Virus record (IMG/VR): IMGVR_UViG_3300048833_000111
Coordinates: 1-64,000 of that record
Direction: 5' to 3' (one strand)
DNA length: 64,000 nucleotides
Origin: a virus
In this document: one piece after another, positions 9,958 through 20,066 of the stretch
Layout of the letters: each line of letters starts with the position of its first letter
How positions within the stretch are numbered: position 1 is the stretch's first letter
Made by a program: the position numbers and the translations under genes
Notes under the pieces: generated by a model
Told to the model about the DNA's origin: nothing
The model's database searches: none
Seen by the model: the letters and a program-made list of their open reading frames with translations, nothing else

Positions 9958-10680
9958 TTACCAAGTTGCTCCATTTCCACCACTAGTGGACATATCTTGG
10001 GTAGGTTCAGTATCCAATATAGTTTGTTTTGCATATGGGGAATTAGCATACCATTCACTTCTTTTAAATGGGTGTGTTATTCCTTCAGCATTTCTATATT
10101 TAATACCTGCTTCTTCTTGAACTTGGGTAAACCCTGGTCCCTGTGATTTTATAAGGTAAGTACCTTGTTTAACATCTTTAGGTATTTCTAAATATGTCTT
10201 ATTATTATCTCCAGTTGGTTTCCACTGATAAGATAAGAATATATCCAATGGAACTTTATTCCAATTTGGTACACTTGTAACAAGTCTTTGTAAAATTAAT
10301 GCATAGTCTTTAAAACTATTTATAGGAGTTTCAAGTGCAGCTTTAACATCTTCTTCAGATGCAAAACATCTTACAATATCAGTTAATGTTGCATTTAATA
10401 ACGCAACATCTTTTTTCTTCTGTTCTTTATACTCCTCAGAATTTACATCTGTAAGTTCTCCTACATCTCCTTTTCCAAACACTTTACTTACAGGGAAGAA
10501 TCTTTTTCTGTATTCTTTTTCTTCAACTTGTACTGTAAGGTCAATACCATCTCCTGGTGTTTCTCCAGTTCCTGAATTTGGGTTATATTCAAATTTAGTT
10601 AAAAATACTCCTGTGTTTAAACCAAACTTACCTCCTGACTTACCAGGTGTTATATCATTTGAATCTTGATATCCGTACAT
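9958..10680 (-). CDS. Putative single-stranded DNA-binding protein
   Basis: Position between Sak4-like ATPase and primase; flexible tail ending in W. Confidence 0.45.
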   Translation of the reverse strand: MYGYQDSNDITPGKSGGKFGLNTGVFLTKFEYNPNSGTGETPGDGIDLTVQVEEKEYRKRFFPVSKVFGKGDVGELTDVNSEEYKEQKKKDVALLNATLTDIVRCFASEEDVKAALETPINSFKDYALILQRLVTSVPNWNKVPLDIFLSYQWKPTGDNNKTYLEIPKDVKQGTYLIKSQGPGFTQVQEEAGIKYRNAEGITHPFKRSEWYANSPYAKQTILDTEPTQDMSTSGGNGATW

Positions 10681-10705
10681 ATATTTTGCTTTTTTAAATT
10701 AATTT

Positions 10706-11011
10706 TTACCAATCTTGTGCTGTTGCTGTCTGTGGTTCTACCTCTTCAAAAGTTGTTTCAATGTCTTCTACTGCTGTAGCTTCCATATTAACTTCTTCTT
10801 GTTCATAAGGATGTGAAGCTGGTTCTTCTACCTCATCTACTAACTCAAATTTAGGTCTATGAAATTTCCTAATTTTTAGTCCAGCTTGTTTCAAAGCTTG
10901 TGTCATTTGTGTCATTGGAAGTCCATAATGCTCTGCTAAAGCATCTTTTTTCCAACCTGCTTGGACTTTCTCTTCTAAGTCTTGTTTTGTGATTCTAACT
11001 GGTTCTGACAT
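10706..11011 (-). CDS. Hypothetical protein with acidic tail
   Basis: ORF in replication block. Confidence 0.7.
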   Translation of the reverse strand: MSEPVRITKQDLEEKVQAGWKKDALAEHYGLPMTQMTQALKQAGLKIRKFHRPKFELVDEVEEPASHPYEQEEVNMEATAVEDIETTFEEVEPQTATAQDW

Positions 11012-11016
11012 TTTTC

Positions 11017-11727
11017 TTAATTATTATATTTATTAATTTGTTCTAATACAAATCCCATATCATTGGGAATTAATTTTTCTTCAAACATTCCCACTGGAGA
11101 TTTTGCCATAATATGTATTCCCCTATCATCAATATGTTTATTGGTAACAAAATAATACTGTGTTCCTTGCGAATTTGTTTTAGTTGTAGTATATAATACT
11201 ACAGTAAATAAACCTGCAAGATTTACTTTATCATCTAACATTTTACCCAATGTTTTGATTTTAGATTTACCATCCTCCTCATCATCATGTGTTAGTATAA
11301 TAAAGTTAATATTATCTCTCATATTAATACCAGTATTAATAATATCATACATATTCTTAGCCATTTTATTGAATTTATCATACCCTGTTTTAAGGGCATT
11401 AGCCATAAATTCTTCTGACATAATATACTGACTATCATCTAGTACTACATTTTTAATATCTGGTCTATTTGCATTAATAAATTGTAAAGTTTTAATAATT
11501 AGCCCAGAATCTGTTGTTGAAAGATAATTTCCTTCTGTAGGTGGTTTACTAGTGTCTATAGGGACATACTTAGCTTTCCAACCTCTCATAGGTAAAGATT
11601 TGCCCTTTACATTCACTATAAATGTTTCTTTGGGGTCTAGACCTTTTATACCTAATTCTTCAATTTGTCCAATAGAGGTAGATTTTCCACTACCACTATC
11701 TCCTACAACTGCTATTGCGTTTGCCAT
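11017..11727 (-). CDS. AAA_24/Sak4-like P-loop ATPase
   Basis: GDSGSGKST Walker A, VVLDD Walker B, LTH, AKSP. Confidence 0.8.
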   Translation of the reverse strand: MANAIAVVGDSGSGKSTSIGQIEELGIKGLDPKETFIVNVKGKSLPMRGWKAKYVPIDTSKPPTEGNYLSTTDSGLIIKTLQFINANRPDIKNVVLDDSQYIMSEEFMANALKTGYDKFNKMAKNMYDIINTGINMRDNINFIILTHDDEEDGKSKIKTLGKMLDDKVNLAGLFTVVLYTTTKTNSQGTQYYFVTNKHIDDRGIHIMAKSPVGMFEEKLIPNDMGFVLEQINKYNN

Positions 11728-11732
11728 AAATT

Positions 11733-12884
11733 TTAACTGTTTAATTGATTTACATAATTGTAAACTCTTCTCATTCCTTCATTATCATCAGCCTTAGGTA
11801 ATTCTTTAAAGAAATCTACAGCTCCATCAAAGAATAGAGGTAGCTTTTTATTTGCTATACCATCCCTATCCTTGAGTATTGACATTGACCTGTACCTATC
11901 TCTAAAAAAGGTTATATCATATCCATTATGTTGTTCAATATTATATCTATCTGGTGCAAAAAGACCTAAGACTATATTGGCATCTCTTTGAGTAGTTTTA
12001 TTATCCCCTAAACCTTCTAAACTAGGTTCTAATTTTTCCTCAATAGTGTTTCCTTTATAATTATACTCAACCTGCTCTTTTGCTGAAGCTTGTTGTTGTA
12101 CATTTACAGGAATAAAACCAAATTTATCTCTTAATCTAAGACAGTAATCTGAGGACCACTTACTCATTGTTTGCCAAGGTGTTAACCTTAATCCATCATC
12201 TGACTCTGTATCCAATAAGGATATATGGTCTACTAGGACTATGACATAATGTTTGGGATGGTCTTTTTTATAATAGGAAATCTTCTTATAAGTATCTCCT
12301 TCTCCCATTCTAACCTGTCTTCTTTCTTCATCTGTGAAAGGTCTATTGTTCACATCATAATAGTTTCCTACCTCCATAGCATAATTTCTCATATGCTTAT
12401 ATATACCAGTAGGATTTCTAACACTGTCTATAATTTCAACTGTTTCTAGAAATTCTTCAACATAAGCTTCAGCTTCCTTTACCTTCTCTAATATTTCAGA
12501 AGATATAGTATTGAATCTACCCCTAGATTGTAATTGTTTTATAGAAATGGATATATTATATTCACTGTGAAGATATTTTGATATCTCAGATAGAATAATC
12601 TTTTTTTTGCTTTCTTCTAGACTAAAATATTTCACAGTTAGTTTAACTCCACTTTCTGGATTATGCTTTATATATTGATAAGGATTATGAATAAATAAAG
12701 ACCTGGCTAGTTTAGATTTACCTACTCCAGAACTTGCAGTCAACAAATAATATGTATCTTGCTCAATTCCTGGAATATATCTCTCTAATCTCTCCATACC
12801 AGTAAAAGGTATACAATTGTAATATCCTTCTTCATGATTGTGCTTATTAGCTACAATCTCATTATAGATTTGTTCAAACTTCAT
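11733..12884 (-). CDS. DnaB-like replicative helicase
   Basis: ASSGVGKS, FSLEE, VLVDHI, VQQQ, RDANIVL, KDRDG. Confidence 0.85.
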   Translation of the reverse strand: MKFEQIYNEIVANKHNHEEGYYNCIPFTGMERLERYIPGIEQDTYYLLTASSGVGKSKLARSLFIHNPYQYIKHNPESGVKLTVKYFSLEESKKKIILSEISKYLHSEYNISISIKQLQSRGRFNTISSEILEKVKEAEAYVEEFLETVEIIDSVRNPTGIYKHMRNYAMEVGNYYDVNNRPFTDEERRQVRMGEGDTYKKISYYKKDHPKHYVIVLVDHISLLDTESDDGLRLTPWQTMSKWSSDYCLRLRDKFGFIPVNVQQQASAKEQVEYNYKGNTIEEKLEPSLEGLGDNKTTQRDANIVLGLFAPDRYNIEQHNGYDITFFRDRYRSMSILKDRDGIANKKLPLFFDGAVDFFKELPKADDNEGMRRVYNYVNQLNS

Positions 12885-13414
12885 ATGATATCATTACTGT
12901 ATTTATGTGTTCTCTCCTTAAATCTATTGTTTTGTTCCACATAATCTAATAACATAGATGTACCATCTATCTCATATATAAACTTATGTGATTTTTTACA
13001 ATATTTAGGATTGTCCACCCCTTTAAGATATAGTTTAGTGGCTTCCACTACATCTTCTTTCCTAATTGCTGGATTATTAATAAAGAATTTTTTCATTCTT
13101 GTGAGAACTTCTTTTTTAACTCCTCTTCTATCTGGATTGACTGCTTTGAACATATCCATCCAACTGGATATCCATTCATATCCAGTAATTGTTTCTTCAA
13201 ATAATGGAATTAACCATTTAATTTCATCATTTGAATAATCTTTTGTAACTATCCCACTAGCTAATATTTTTCTCTCTAATTCTTTTGGTATGAAGGAAGG
13301 TTGTACTCCATAGTATAAACATAAGAGAAAAGATATACCATCGTGAATAGATATATTTTTAGTTTTAAGTGCTTGTTTTATAGCACTATTAACTTCTACT
13401 TTTATCCTATTCAT
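12881..13414 (-). CDS. Hypothetical replication-associated protein
   Basis: Between helicases with overlapping starts and stops. Confidence 0.6.
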   Translation of the reverse strand: MNRIKVEVNSAIKQALKTKNISIHDGISFLLCLYYGVQPSFIPKELERKILASGIVTKDYSNDEIKWLIPLFEETITGYEWISSWMDMFKAVNPDRRGVKKEVLTRMKKFFINNPAIRKEDVVEATKLYLKGVDNPKYCKKSHKFIYEIDGTSMLLDYVEQNNRFKERTHKYSNDII

Positions 13415-14522
13415 AATTTTTCCAACTTACATGTTTAACATTATCTAGATTAAAATCTTCTAGAACTTTATCCTTCCAAGATTCATCTACAGTATCTACA
13501 GCTACAAGAATATAAATATTTGCTTTATATCCTTCCTGTAATACTAAAGACCTTGCAATTTTCTGTGTTCCATCTCCTTTTTTATTGGAGTTTACCTGTA
13601 CTATAATAAGATTATCTACATTGGTAAATGTATGACCTACACCTCCAGAATTAACTAAAGAGAGTTCATCTATTTTACCTTCTTTGAACATATTTAAATA
13701 TTTATCATCTGTTTTAGAATGAAATACATATTTAGACATTTGTTCTGCTTTTTCTATACTTCCCGAAAATATCAAAGTTCTACCTTTGAGCTTTTTTAAT
13801 AGTTTTTTTGCAAATTCATTCTTTGAATCTAGATTATAGATAAATCTCATTCTATTTATATAAAAGAATGCAGGAACTGTTTCCCTATTGAATAATTTTA
13901 TATTTATAAGTCTTGTTAAATACTTATAATGATTAGCTTCAGTAGTTAAGAAAGGTTTTTTCTTATTACCTGCCTTAATTGTCTTTTTATTGGATTCCAA
14001 TCTACACTCTACAACTATAATATCATATGGAGCAATAAGTTTTTTATCAACAGCTTCATCTATAGTCATACTACTAAGTATTTCTAATTTAAGCTTTTTG
14101 TATAAATCCAATTTCTCCTTATGTTTTGGATGTGTTCCTGAGAGTCCTATTATAGTCTTGTATTTTATATTACCATTAAATAATGGTTCAGCATTATTCT
14201 CAGTTAAATCTTGATATTCATCTAATATGATTTTATCATATTTTCCAATATGTGATGCCATAGAGGCATAACATATTATATCAGTTTTATTAAGAAAGGT
14301 TTTAGCTTTCCACTCTTTAAATTCTTTGGGTATATCTACATCCCTTAATTTGGTATTAGGTGTTACCCATAATACTTTTTTGGGCTTTTCCTTTTTTATA
14401 ATATCAATACCAATCTTAGTTTTACCTACTCTTGGTGCTAAGTTAAGTAATCCATGACAAGGATTATCCAAAGAATCTACTATCTCTTGTTGTATTTCTT
14501 CTCTACTTATCACCTTTCCCAT
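13407..14522 (-). CDS. Superfamily 2 helicase
   Basis: APRVGKT, ILDEYQ, GLSGT, QKIAR. Confidence 0.85.
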   Translation of the reverse strand: MGKVISREEIQQEIVDSLDNPCHGLLNLAPRVGKTKIGIDIIKKEKPKKVLWVTPNTKLRDVDIPKEFKEWKAKTFLNKTDIICYASMASHIGKYDKIILDEYQDLTENNAEPLFNGNIKYKTIIGLSGTHPKHKEKLDLYKKLKLEILSSMTIDEAVDKKLIAPYDIIVVECRLESNKKTIKAGNKKKPFLTTEANHYKYLTRLINIKLFNRETVPAFFYINRMRFIYNLDSKNEFAKKLLKKLKGRTLIFSGSIEKAEQMSKYVFHSKTDDKYLNMFKEGKIDELSLVNSGGVGHTFTNVDNLIIVQVNSNKKGDGTQKIARSLVLQEGYKANIYILVAVDTVDESWKDKVLEDFNLDNVKHVSWKNYE

Positions 14523-14854
14523 AGACCATTTTCTTTTACTTCCATATTACCAGCTTTAGTCTGTATTTTATTTGGTGCAAATAAATGAGGATGTATAGAT
14601 TTTGCTTTACTCCAATCTCCCTTATGTAAACTTTCCCAAAACACACCACCTTCTGGTGTGTTACTCCAACCAAAAGCCATACCTAGACTTAAGTTATTTA
14701 TTTTTTCAATATTAGTATTACCTGAATATTTCTCTACATTTTTTACAGCTTTTTTATATAGTTCAGGATATTTTTTTAATTCATATACTACCATTATATC
14801 AATGTATTTTTGCATAATTAATACCAAATTGAACATCCACTCCAAGTGGTACAT
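14510..14854 (-). CDS. Hypothetical protein (true start probably near MVVYEL)
   Basis: ORF between polymerase and helicase. Confidence 0.55.
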   Translation of the reverse strand: MYHLEWMFNLVLIMQKYIDIMVVYELKKYPELYKKAVKNVEKYSGNTNIEKINNLSLGMAFGWSNTPEGGVFWESLHKGDWSKAKSIHPHLFAPNKIQTKAGNMEVKENGLWER

Positions 14855-16667
14855 TTAATTTTACTTTTTCATTTACAGAATCAATAGAGTCTCTAAGAGA
14901 TTTATCTACTTCTTCTTTTTGCTCTTTAAGTAAAGCTATTACTACCTCATCATGATATTGTAAGGTTATTTTGATACCCCTACTTCTAACTTCTCTTACC
15001 CACAGGTCAAAGCAATATACTCCAGTTCCTTGATTAAGTGTACTGAATCTATCTTTTAGGTATCTTAAAGAGTACCAAAATCCAGATACAGGATTCAATA
15101 ACCACATTTGTTCTCCTATAGTTTTAACAGCACAGGATTTTTCTACTAATTTTACAGCTTTGTTTCTCTGCCAATATATAGTATGTAGTTTTTTAGCTTC
15201 AGATAATGTCATACCAGAGGTAAGTGCAATCTTAGGTGGTCCTGCTCCATATACTCCTGCAAAATTAACTACTTTAGCTCTTCCCCTTATTTGTGAATGG
15301 TCTTCTAATTTTTGTTTATGTGCTTCTGCTTGCTCTTCTGTAAGCATTTTGGATAAAACTGCAATATCCAAATGAGGGTCAAATCCTGGCACTCTCATTT
15401 GCTCCACATACTCTGGGTCAAAGAAATACATATAATGCTGTTTAGTAGTATCCTCTAAGGAAGTCATATCAGCACCACATAATAAATATTCTTCACTAGG
15501 TGGTATAATTGCACCTCTTATTTGCTCACCATAAAACTTAAAAACTTTAGGGAGATTAACAATAGGTTTTTTATGCCTAAATCTTAAAGTATTTGTAAAT
15601 CCATGTATTTCAGCTATAGTAAAATTATTACTATCCATTGTATCTAAATAAGATTCAAATATACTAATCCTATGATTAATCAAAGTCAGCATATCTAAAC
15701 TCTCTAATGCTGGCTCTATATCATATAAAGCTTTAATAGATTCACATACTCCATCATCTCCATATATTTGTGGTATAGCTTTAACTTCTCCTGCACTATT
15801 AGCTCTATGTTCAAAAGTAATAGGTTCCCAACCCAATGAGTACAACCAATCTTTTAATTGTATGGTACTACCAGGATTACCTGGTTCATCAGATACTTTT
15901 ACCATTATACTATCTTCATAGTTAGCTGGTAAATTGTTTTCCTCTAATAATTCATACCATTTAATAGCCTTAACAGTAGGACTACCATCTATTTTTTCCA
16001 TTTTAGATGGTTTAGATACTTCCTTATATTTTATACTTCTGGGCATAGCTTCAGTTAAGATATTTTCTTTCTCTTCCTTTAAAATTATTAAATCCGAAAG
16101 ACTATCTTCTATAAGTTTCTTATCTAACTTACATTTTACTTCTTCTTGTTCTCTAGCACAATCTAATTTGAAACCTAGGTAATTAATTAAATTATCAATT
16201 TGTTTTGAATCTTCTTCATATATCTCTTTTAAATACTTTAATTGTTTAAAGAATAGAAGTTTATTAATCTTAACATCACTCTCACATCTGTGTACATAAT
16301 CCCTTATAGATAAATTTTGCCAATCTGTAATTACAGGTTTTGGAACTCCTAGTTCTTCTCCCCATAATTCTAGACCATGTTTAAGTCTTATAGGGTATAA
16401 GTACCAAGATAGACCTAAAGTATCTATCAATCTAGCAGTTACTTTTATATTAAGTATTTTTTCTAGTACAGGAACATCATATCTAATAATATTATGTCCT
16501 ACTAATATGTTTTGTTGGGTTAAAAATTGTTTTATTTGGTTATAATTGGTAATAGAGCCTTTATCTATCTCTCTACCATTTAATATAATACTATAGGATA
16601 AGCAATGTATTTTTGTTACAGTTTCTAATAGTCCATCTGTCTCAATATCTACAATTGTATATCTCAT
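14799..16667 (-). CDS. polA: Family A DNA polymerase with 3'-5' exonuclease domain
   Basis: VDIET, GHNIIRYD exo motifs; ADMTSLE motif A, RGRAKVVNFAGVYG motif B, QYHDE motif C. Confidence 0.92.
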   Translation of the reverse strand: MRYTIVDIETDGLLETVTKIHCLSYSIILNGREIDKGSITNYNQIKQFLTQQNILVGHNIIRYDVPVLEKILNIKVTARLIDTLGLSWYLYPIRLKHGLELWGEELGVPKPVITDWQNLSIRDYVHRCESDVKINKLLFFKQLKYLKEIYEEDSKQIDNLINYLGFKLDCAREQEEVKCKLDKKLIEDSLSDLIILKEEKENILTEAMPRSIKYKEVSKPSKMEKIDGSPTVKAIKWYELLEENNLPANYEDSIMVKVSDEPGNPGSTIQLKDWLYSLGWEPITFEHRANSAGEVKAIPQIYGDDGVCESIKALYDIEPALESLDMLTLINHRISIFESYLDTMDSNNFTIAEIHGFTNTLRFRHKKPIVNLPKVFKFYGEQIRGAIIPPSEEYLLCGADMTSLEDTTKQHYMYFFDPEYVEQMRVPGFDPHLDIAVLSKMLTEEQAEAHKQKLEDHSQIRGRAKVVNFAGVYGAGPPKIALTSGMTLSEAKKLHTIYWQRNKAVKLVEKSCAVKTIGEQMWLLNPVSGFWYSLRYLKDRFSTLNQGTGVYCFDLWVREVRSRGIKITLQYHDEVVIALLKEQKEEVDKSLRDSIDSVNEKVKLNVPLGVDVQFGINYAKIH

Positions 16668-16674
16668 AATCTTA

Positions 16675-17076
16675 TTATTTTAATCTAACCAATCCATTTG
16701 AAATTATATTTACATCAGAAGTATTTTTTTCCCAATCCAATACTTTTTTAGGTATTTTAAAACTACCAAATATATTATTAAATGTTACTTCTTTAGGTAC
16801 AGACTCAAAATCTTTATAGATATTCTTTAATTTATCTGTAATATCAGTACCAAATAAACTTTTAAATCTCCATACTTTAAGTTCCTCTGAACCATATGTT
16901 GTCAGCTTAGTGACAAAATGTGGATAAATAGCCTGTATATCTTCTTCTGTTTTTATTTTTAATTTAATGTGCATTGTTTTATATTTTAAGGTAAGTGAAT
17001 AATAAAAGGAAACCCTTAAGCAATTACCAAGAAGCACCAATAAGGCACAAAAAGAATAATCATTAAGGGTTTCCAA
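16675..17076 (-). CDS. Hypothetical protein (true start likely MHIKLK)
   Basis: ORF track. Confidence 0.5.
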   Translation of the reverse strand: METLNDYSFCALLVLLGNCLRVSFYYSLTLKYKTMHIKLKIKTEEDIQAIYPHFVTKLTTYGSEELKVWRFKSLFGTDITDKLKNIYKDFESVPKEVTFNNIFGSFKIPKKVLDWEKNTSDVNIISNGLVRLK

Positions 17077-17348
17077 AGAATAACTATTAGAAACTATAAA
17101 TTCTGTTACATTGGACTATTGAAGTCCAAAGTTTCTAACAGATGCAAAATATAACTGTGGGAAGCGTTATATGAAATTTTAAAAAGATTCAAACTAGTTC
17201 TCAAGGGTTCTCACTGCCTTGATACCGTCTCCTAATACACCAATACTTTCTGTGATGCAAAGCTCTTGAGCTGTCCAACAGTTGGTCTATAATTTAACCT
17301 ATTTGGTGAATGTTGTTTCATCTTACAGAATCTACTAACTATATTGAA

Positions 17349-17750
17349 CTAGTTTATAATCTTATATTGTATGTTTATTACACCTTTATTTAAATTAGCA
17401 ATACTATCAAAAGATGCTTTACTTAAATCTAATTTCCTTCTAGGATGTGGTATAAAAGAATTATTTATTTTTTTAAAAGGACCTCTATCATTGATTCTAA
17501 CCACAACAGTTTTACCATTTGCTATATTAGTAACTTCTACTAAACTATTAAATGCTATTGTTGGAGATGCAGCAGTAAGACTATCTTGATTAAAATACTC
17601 TCCATTTGCTGTAGTTTTACCATTAAAGCCTGGTCCATACCAAGAGGCTCTTGTTGTCTTATAATTAAAACTACATAAACTTATTATCATAAGAACTAAT
17701 AGTACTAATATTGGAATAAATCCTAATATTAAAAACCTTCTTTTTTTCAT
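17349..17750 (-). CDS. rlpA: RlpA-like (DPBB) lytic transglycosylase with N-terminal membrane anchor
   Basis: ASWYGPGFNGKTTANGE...TAAS...VRINDRGPF...LDLSKASF. Confidence 0.9.
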   Translation of the reverse strand: MKKRRFLILGFIPILVLLVLMIISLCSFNYKTTRASWYGPGFNGKTTANGEYFNQDSLTAASPTIAFNSLVEVTNIANGKTVVVRINDRGPFKKINNSFIPHPRRKLDLSKASFDSIANLNKGVINIQYKIIN

Positions 17751-17773
17751 TTGTTTATTTTGTTATATTAGAC

Positions 17774-17799
17774 AAAAAAGCAAGGATGATTCCTTGCTT
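17774..17799 (-). terminator. Terminator at end of tRNA array
   Basis: AAGCAAGG-AATCAT-CCTTGCTT followed by T-run on minus strand. Confidence 0.7.
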
Positions 17800-17808
17800 A
17801 AAATAATG

Positions 17809-17884
17809 AGGTGCCAACTGGATTCGAACCAGTGAAGAACAGTTTTGCAGACTGACCCTTTAAACCAAACTCAGGCACAGCACC
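17809..17884 (-). tRNA. tRNA-Cys(GCA)
   Basis: Cloverleaf, anticodon loop CTGCAAA, TTCGAAT T-loop. Confidence 0.9.
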
Positions 17885-17992
17885 ATAAAATAAAGGCTTT
17901 AAAAATACTTCCTCATGTTGTACATTATTGGATAGTTATCCCTAAAGCCTATACAAAGATACAAAATATCTTGTAAATTAAAAAATTTTCAG

Positions 17993-18077
17993 GGTGAAAG
18001 ATGGGATTTGAACCCACGAAAGGATATACCTAATAGAACCACAATCTATCTGCTTTGACCACTTGCATACTTACACC
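17993..18077 (-). tRNA. tRNA-His(GTG) with long variable arm
   Basis: G-1:C73, loop TTGTGGT, 15-nt variable region. Confidence 0.8.
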
Positions 18078-18175
18078 ATTTGTAAAATAGCTGCCTAACT
18101 ATTTTAATAATCTGCATATGAAAAAACTAAAAATTTTCACAGATTATCTCCTCCATAGAGTCTATTTTAATTAAG

Positions 18176-18249
18176 TTAGGATGGAGAGGCTCGAACTCCC
18201 AATCTTCTGGACCAAAACCAAACGTGTTAACCAATTACACTACATCCCA
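18176..18249 (-). tRNA. tRNA-Gln(TTG)
   Basis: Cloverleaf, loop TTTTGGT. Confidence 0.8.
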
Positions 18250-18358
18250 AGGACTCAGTTTTGAATGGAGAAAACTGACAAAACTCCTTAGGCAGACTGA
18301 TTTAACAGTCCAGCTCCACCACTTGATTTTTAATTTTCAGCTACCAAGAAACTGCTAG

Positions 18359-18431
18359 TGGACCAGATGGGACTTGAACCCACATCCTTCTCCTTGCAAA
18401 GGAGATACTCAGCCAATTGAGTTACTAGCCC
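18359..18431 (-). tRNA. tRNA-Ala(TGC)
   Basis: Loop TTTGCAA, G3:U70. Confidence 0.92.
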
Positions 18432-18436
18432 AAATA

Positions 18437-18522
18437 AAAAGAATAAAGAATGGTTAGAAAGTATGTTGTTTATAAAATCCAAATTTATACGAAGTAACTT
18501 TCTATTTACTATTATTCTCTTT
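18437..18522 (-). ncRNA. Y-RNA-like element A (minimal)
   Basis: TAGTAA/CATTCT internal loop, paired stem, TACTTCG motif shared with six other copies. Confidence 0.7.
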
Positions 18523-18523
18523 G

Positions 18524-18597
18524 TACTCTGTGTGAGATTCGAACTCTACGTGACCACCGTGAAAGGGTGGCATCCTAACCAACTAGATGAACAGAGC
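18524..18597 (-). tRNA. tRNA-Glu(TTC)
   Basis: Loop CTTTCAC; bulged T stem. Confidence 0.85.
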
Positions 18598-18608
18598 ATT
18601 AATCATTG

Positions 18609-18681
18609 TGCAGCAAGAGAGATTCGAACTCTCAACATCCTGCTCGGAAGGCAGGTAGACTACCAGTTGTCCTATTACTGC
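18609..18681 (-). tRNA. tRNA-Gly(TCC)
   Basis: Loop CTTCCGA. Confidence 0.88.
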
Positions 18682-18764
18682 AAATTGTGGCATTTCATTT
18701 GTACAGAGGTTGAAATCCCACAAGAAACTATCCTAGTCTTTTCCTAGACTTGTGACTTAACCAG

Positions 18765-18838
18765 TAGGAATATATGGATTCGAACCATAAACCTCTTCCG
18801 TATCAGGGAAGTACACTAACCAATTGTGTTATATTCCT
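18765..18838 (-). tRNA. tRNA-Ile(GAT)
   Basis: Loop CTGATAC. Confidence 0.9.
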
Positions 18839-18843
18839 ATAAG

Positions 18844-18926
18844 TAGAGAGAAAGGGATTTGAACCCTTGTACCATTTCTGATGTACTCCTTAGCAGGGAG
18901 CTGCATTACCACTCTGCCACCTCTCT
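18844..18926 (-). tRNA. tRNA-Ser(GCT)
   Basis: Loop CTGCTAA, long variable arm. Confidence 0.88.
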
Positions 18927-18933
18927 ATTGATG

Positions 18934-19018
18934 AAGAGGGTGTGGGACTCGAACCCACAAAGGTAATTAGCCTCTACCACTTTTCAAGAGTGGCTCTTCA
19001 TCCAGCCAGATACCCTCC
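18934..19018 (-). tRNA. tRNA-Ser(TGA)
   Basis: Loop CTTGAAA, long variable arm, short D arm. Confidence 0.82.
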
Positions 19019-19022
19019 TTAT

Positions 19023-19184
19023 TTATATATCACTAAAATAAAGACTTTTCAAATTATTGAAAGCTGATAAGAACTCTATATCATCAGTAGTTAGACTGTT
19101 GACCTCATTTAGAAACATATTTACATTACTCTTTAATCTTTCATAATCCTCTAATATCCTATTATTTTCTACTTCTGTAGTCAT
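19023..19184 (-). CDS. Small hypothetical protein (53 aa)
   Basis: Manual translation MTTEVENNRILEDYERLK...LYFSDI*. Confidence 0.5.
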   Translation of the reverse strand: MTTEVENNRILEDYERLKSNVNMFLNEVNSLTTDDIEFLSAFNNLKSLYFSDI

Positions 19185-19211
19185 AATAATAAAATTTAAA
19201 GATTAATATTG

Positions 19212-19285
19212 TACCCCTTGATGGATTCGAACCATCACTGAATGAATTTTAAGTCCAATGCCTCTCCCAGTTGGGCTAAAGGGGC
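19212..19285 (-). tRNA. tRNA-Leu(TAA), short variable loop
   Basis: Loop CTTAAAA. Confidence 0.82.
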
Positions 19286-19483
19286 TAATACTGTACCTAA
19301 CAGTTCTCCTTATTTCTAGTGTGTTTATAAGAAATTTAAAACTCCTTTTTCAGGGTTTCTGGTTTGTACAGTGCTTACTATAAACCCTTGTTCAGCTAAT
19401 AACTTCATCTCCACTATCCCTGTTTACCATTGGGAGAATTTTATAACTACCTACATTGTGTTAGGATTCAGGGTAGTTATTAG

Positions 19484-19559
19484 TACCTCTAATAAGATTC
19501 GAACTTATACTTAACCTACATCCTAAGTGTAGTGTGTTTACCAATTTCACCATAGAGGC
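19484..19559 (-). tRNA. tRNA-Leu(TAG), short variable loop
   Basis: Loop CTTAGGA. Confidence 0.85.
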
Positions 19560-19587
19560 AACTAGCAGTAAAAACTGCTAAGTTTTT

Positions 19588-19884
19588 TTACTCTTCTGCC
19601 ATAGTTAATATACCATTCTGCACAAGTTGACTTTTCAAACTTGCAAATTGGTCTTGTACTAAAAATAATAAGAAAGCAAGTTCTTCTTTTTCAAGTCCTT
19701 TACAGTATTCTTCTACTATTTTAGAGTTTGCAGAAACATTGGGTTTTTCAGTAGAAATAGGTGTACTTAGTACTTTTATAACAATTTTGTTAGCTTTTTG
19801 AACAATTTCTCCAGCAGTTTCTGCTGTAATTCCTAAGGCTTCATAAATATCCTCAGAGTCATGATTGTAAGTGAATTTTGACAT
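19588..19884 (-). CDS. Hypothetical protein
   Basis: ORF within tRNA array. Confidence 0.65.
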   Translation of the reverse strand: MSKFTYNHDSEDIYEALGITAETAGEIVQKANKIVIKVLSTPISTEKPNVSANSKIVEEYCKGLEKEELAFLLFLVQDQFASLKSQLVQNGILTMAEE

Positions 19885-19909
19885 ATAAAATAATTTAGGT
19901 TAATAATAG

Positions 19910-19984
19910 TTCCTCAACTAGGACTTGAACCTAGGACCTACCCCTTAAAAGAGGGTTGCTACCTGCCAACTGAGCTATTGAGGA
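19910..19984 (-). tRNA. tRNA-Lys(TTT)
   Basis: Loop CTTTTAA. Confidence 0.88.
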
Positions 19985-19990
19985 ATATAG

Positions 19991-20066
19991 TCTGTGTGGT
20001 TAGATTCGAACTAACGTGTTCTAACTCCCAAAGTTAGCGAGATAAACCAGACTCCTCTACACACAG
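19991..20066 (-). tRNA. tRNA-Pro(TGG)
   Basis: Loop TTTGGGA. Confidence 0.88.

Noticed and set aside
18463-18747. Plus-strand ORFs across the tRNA/tmRNA array (also 22822-23004, 23441-23924)
   Set aside because: They are antisense to RNA genes or real CDSs and have no recognisable motifs
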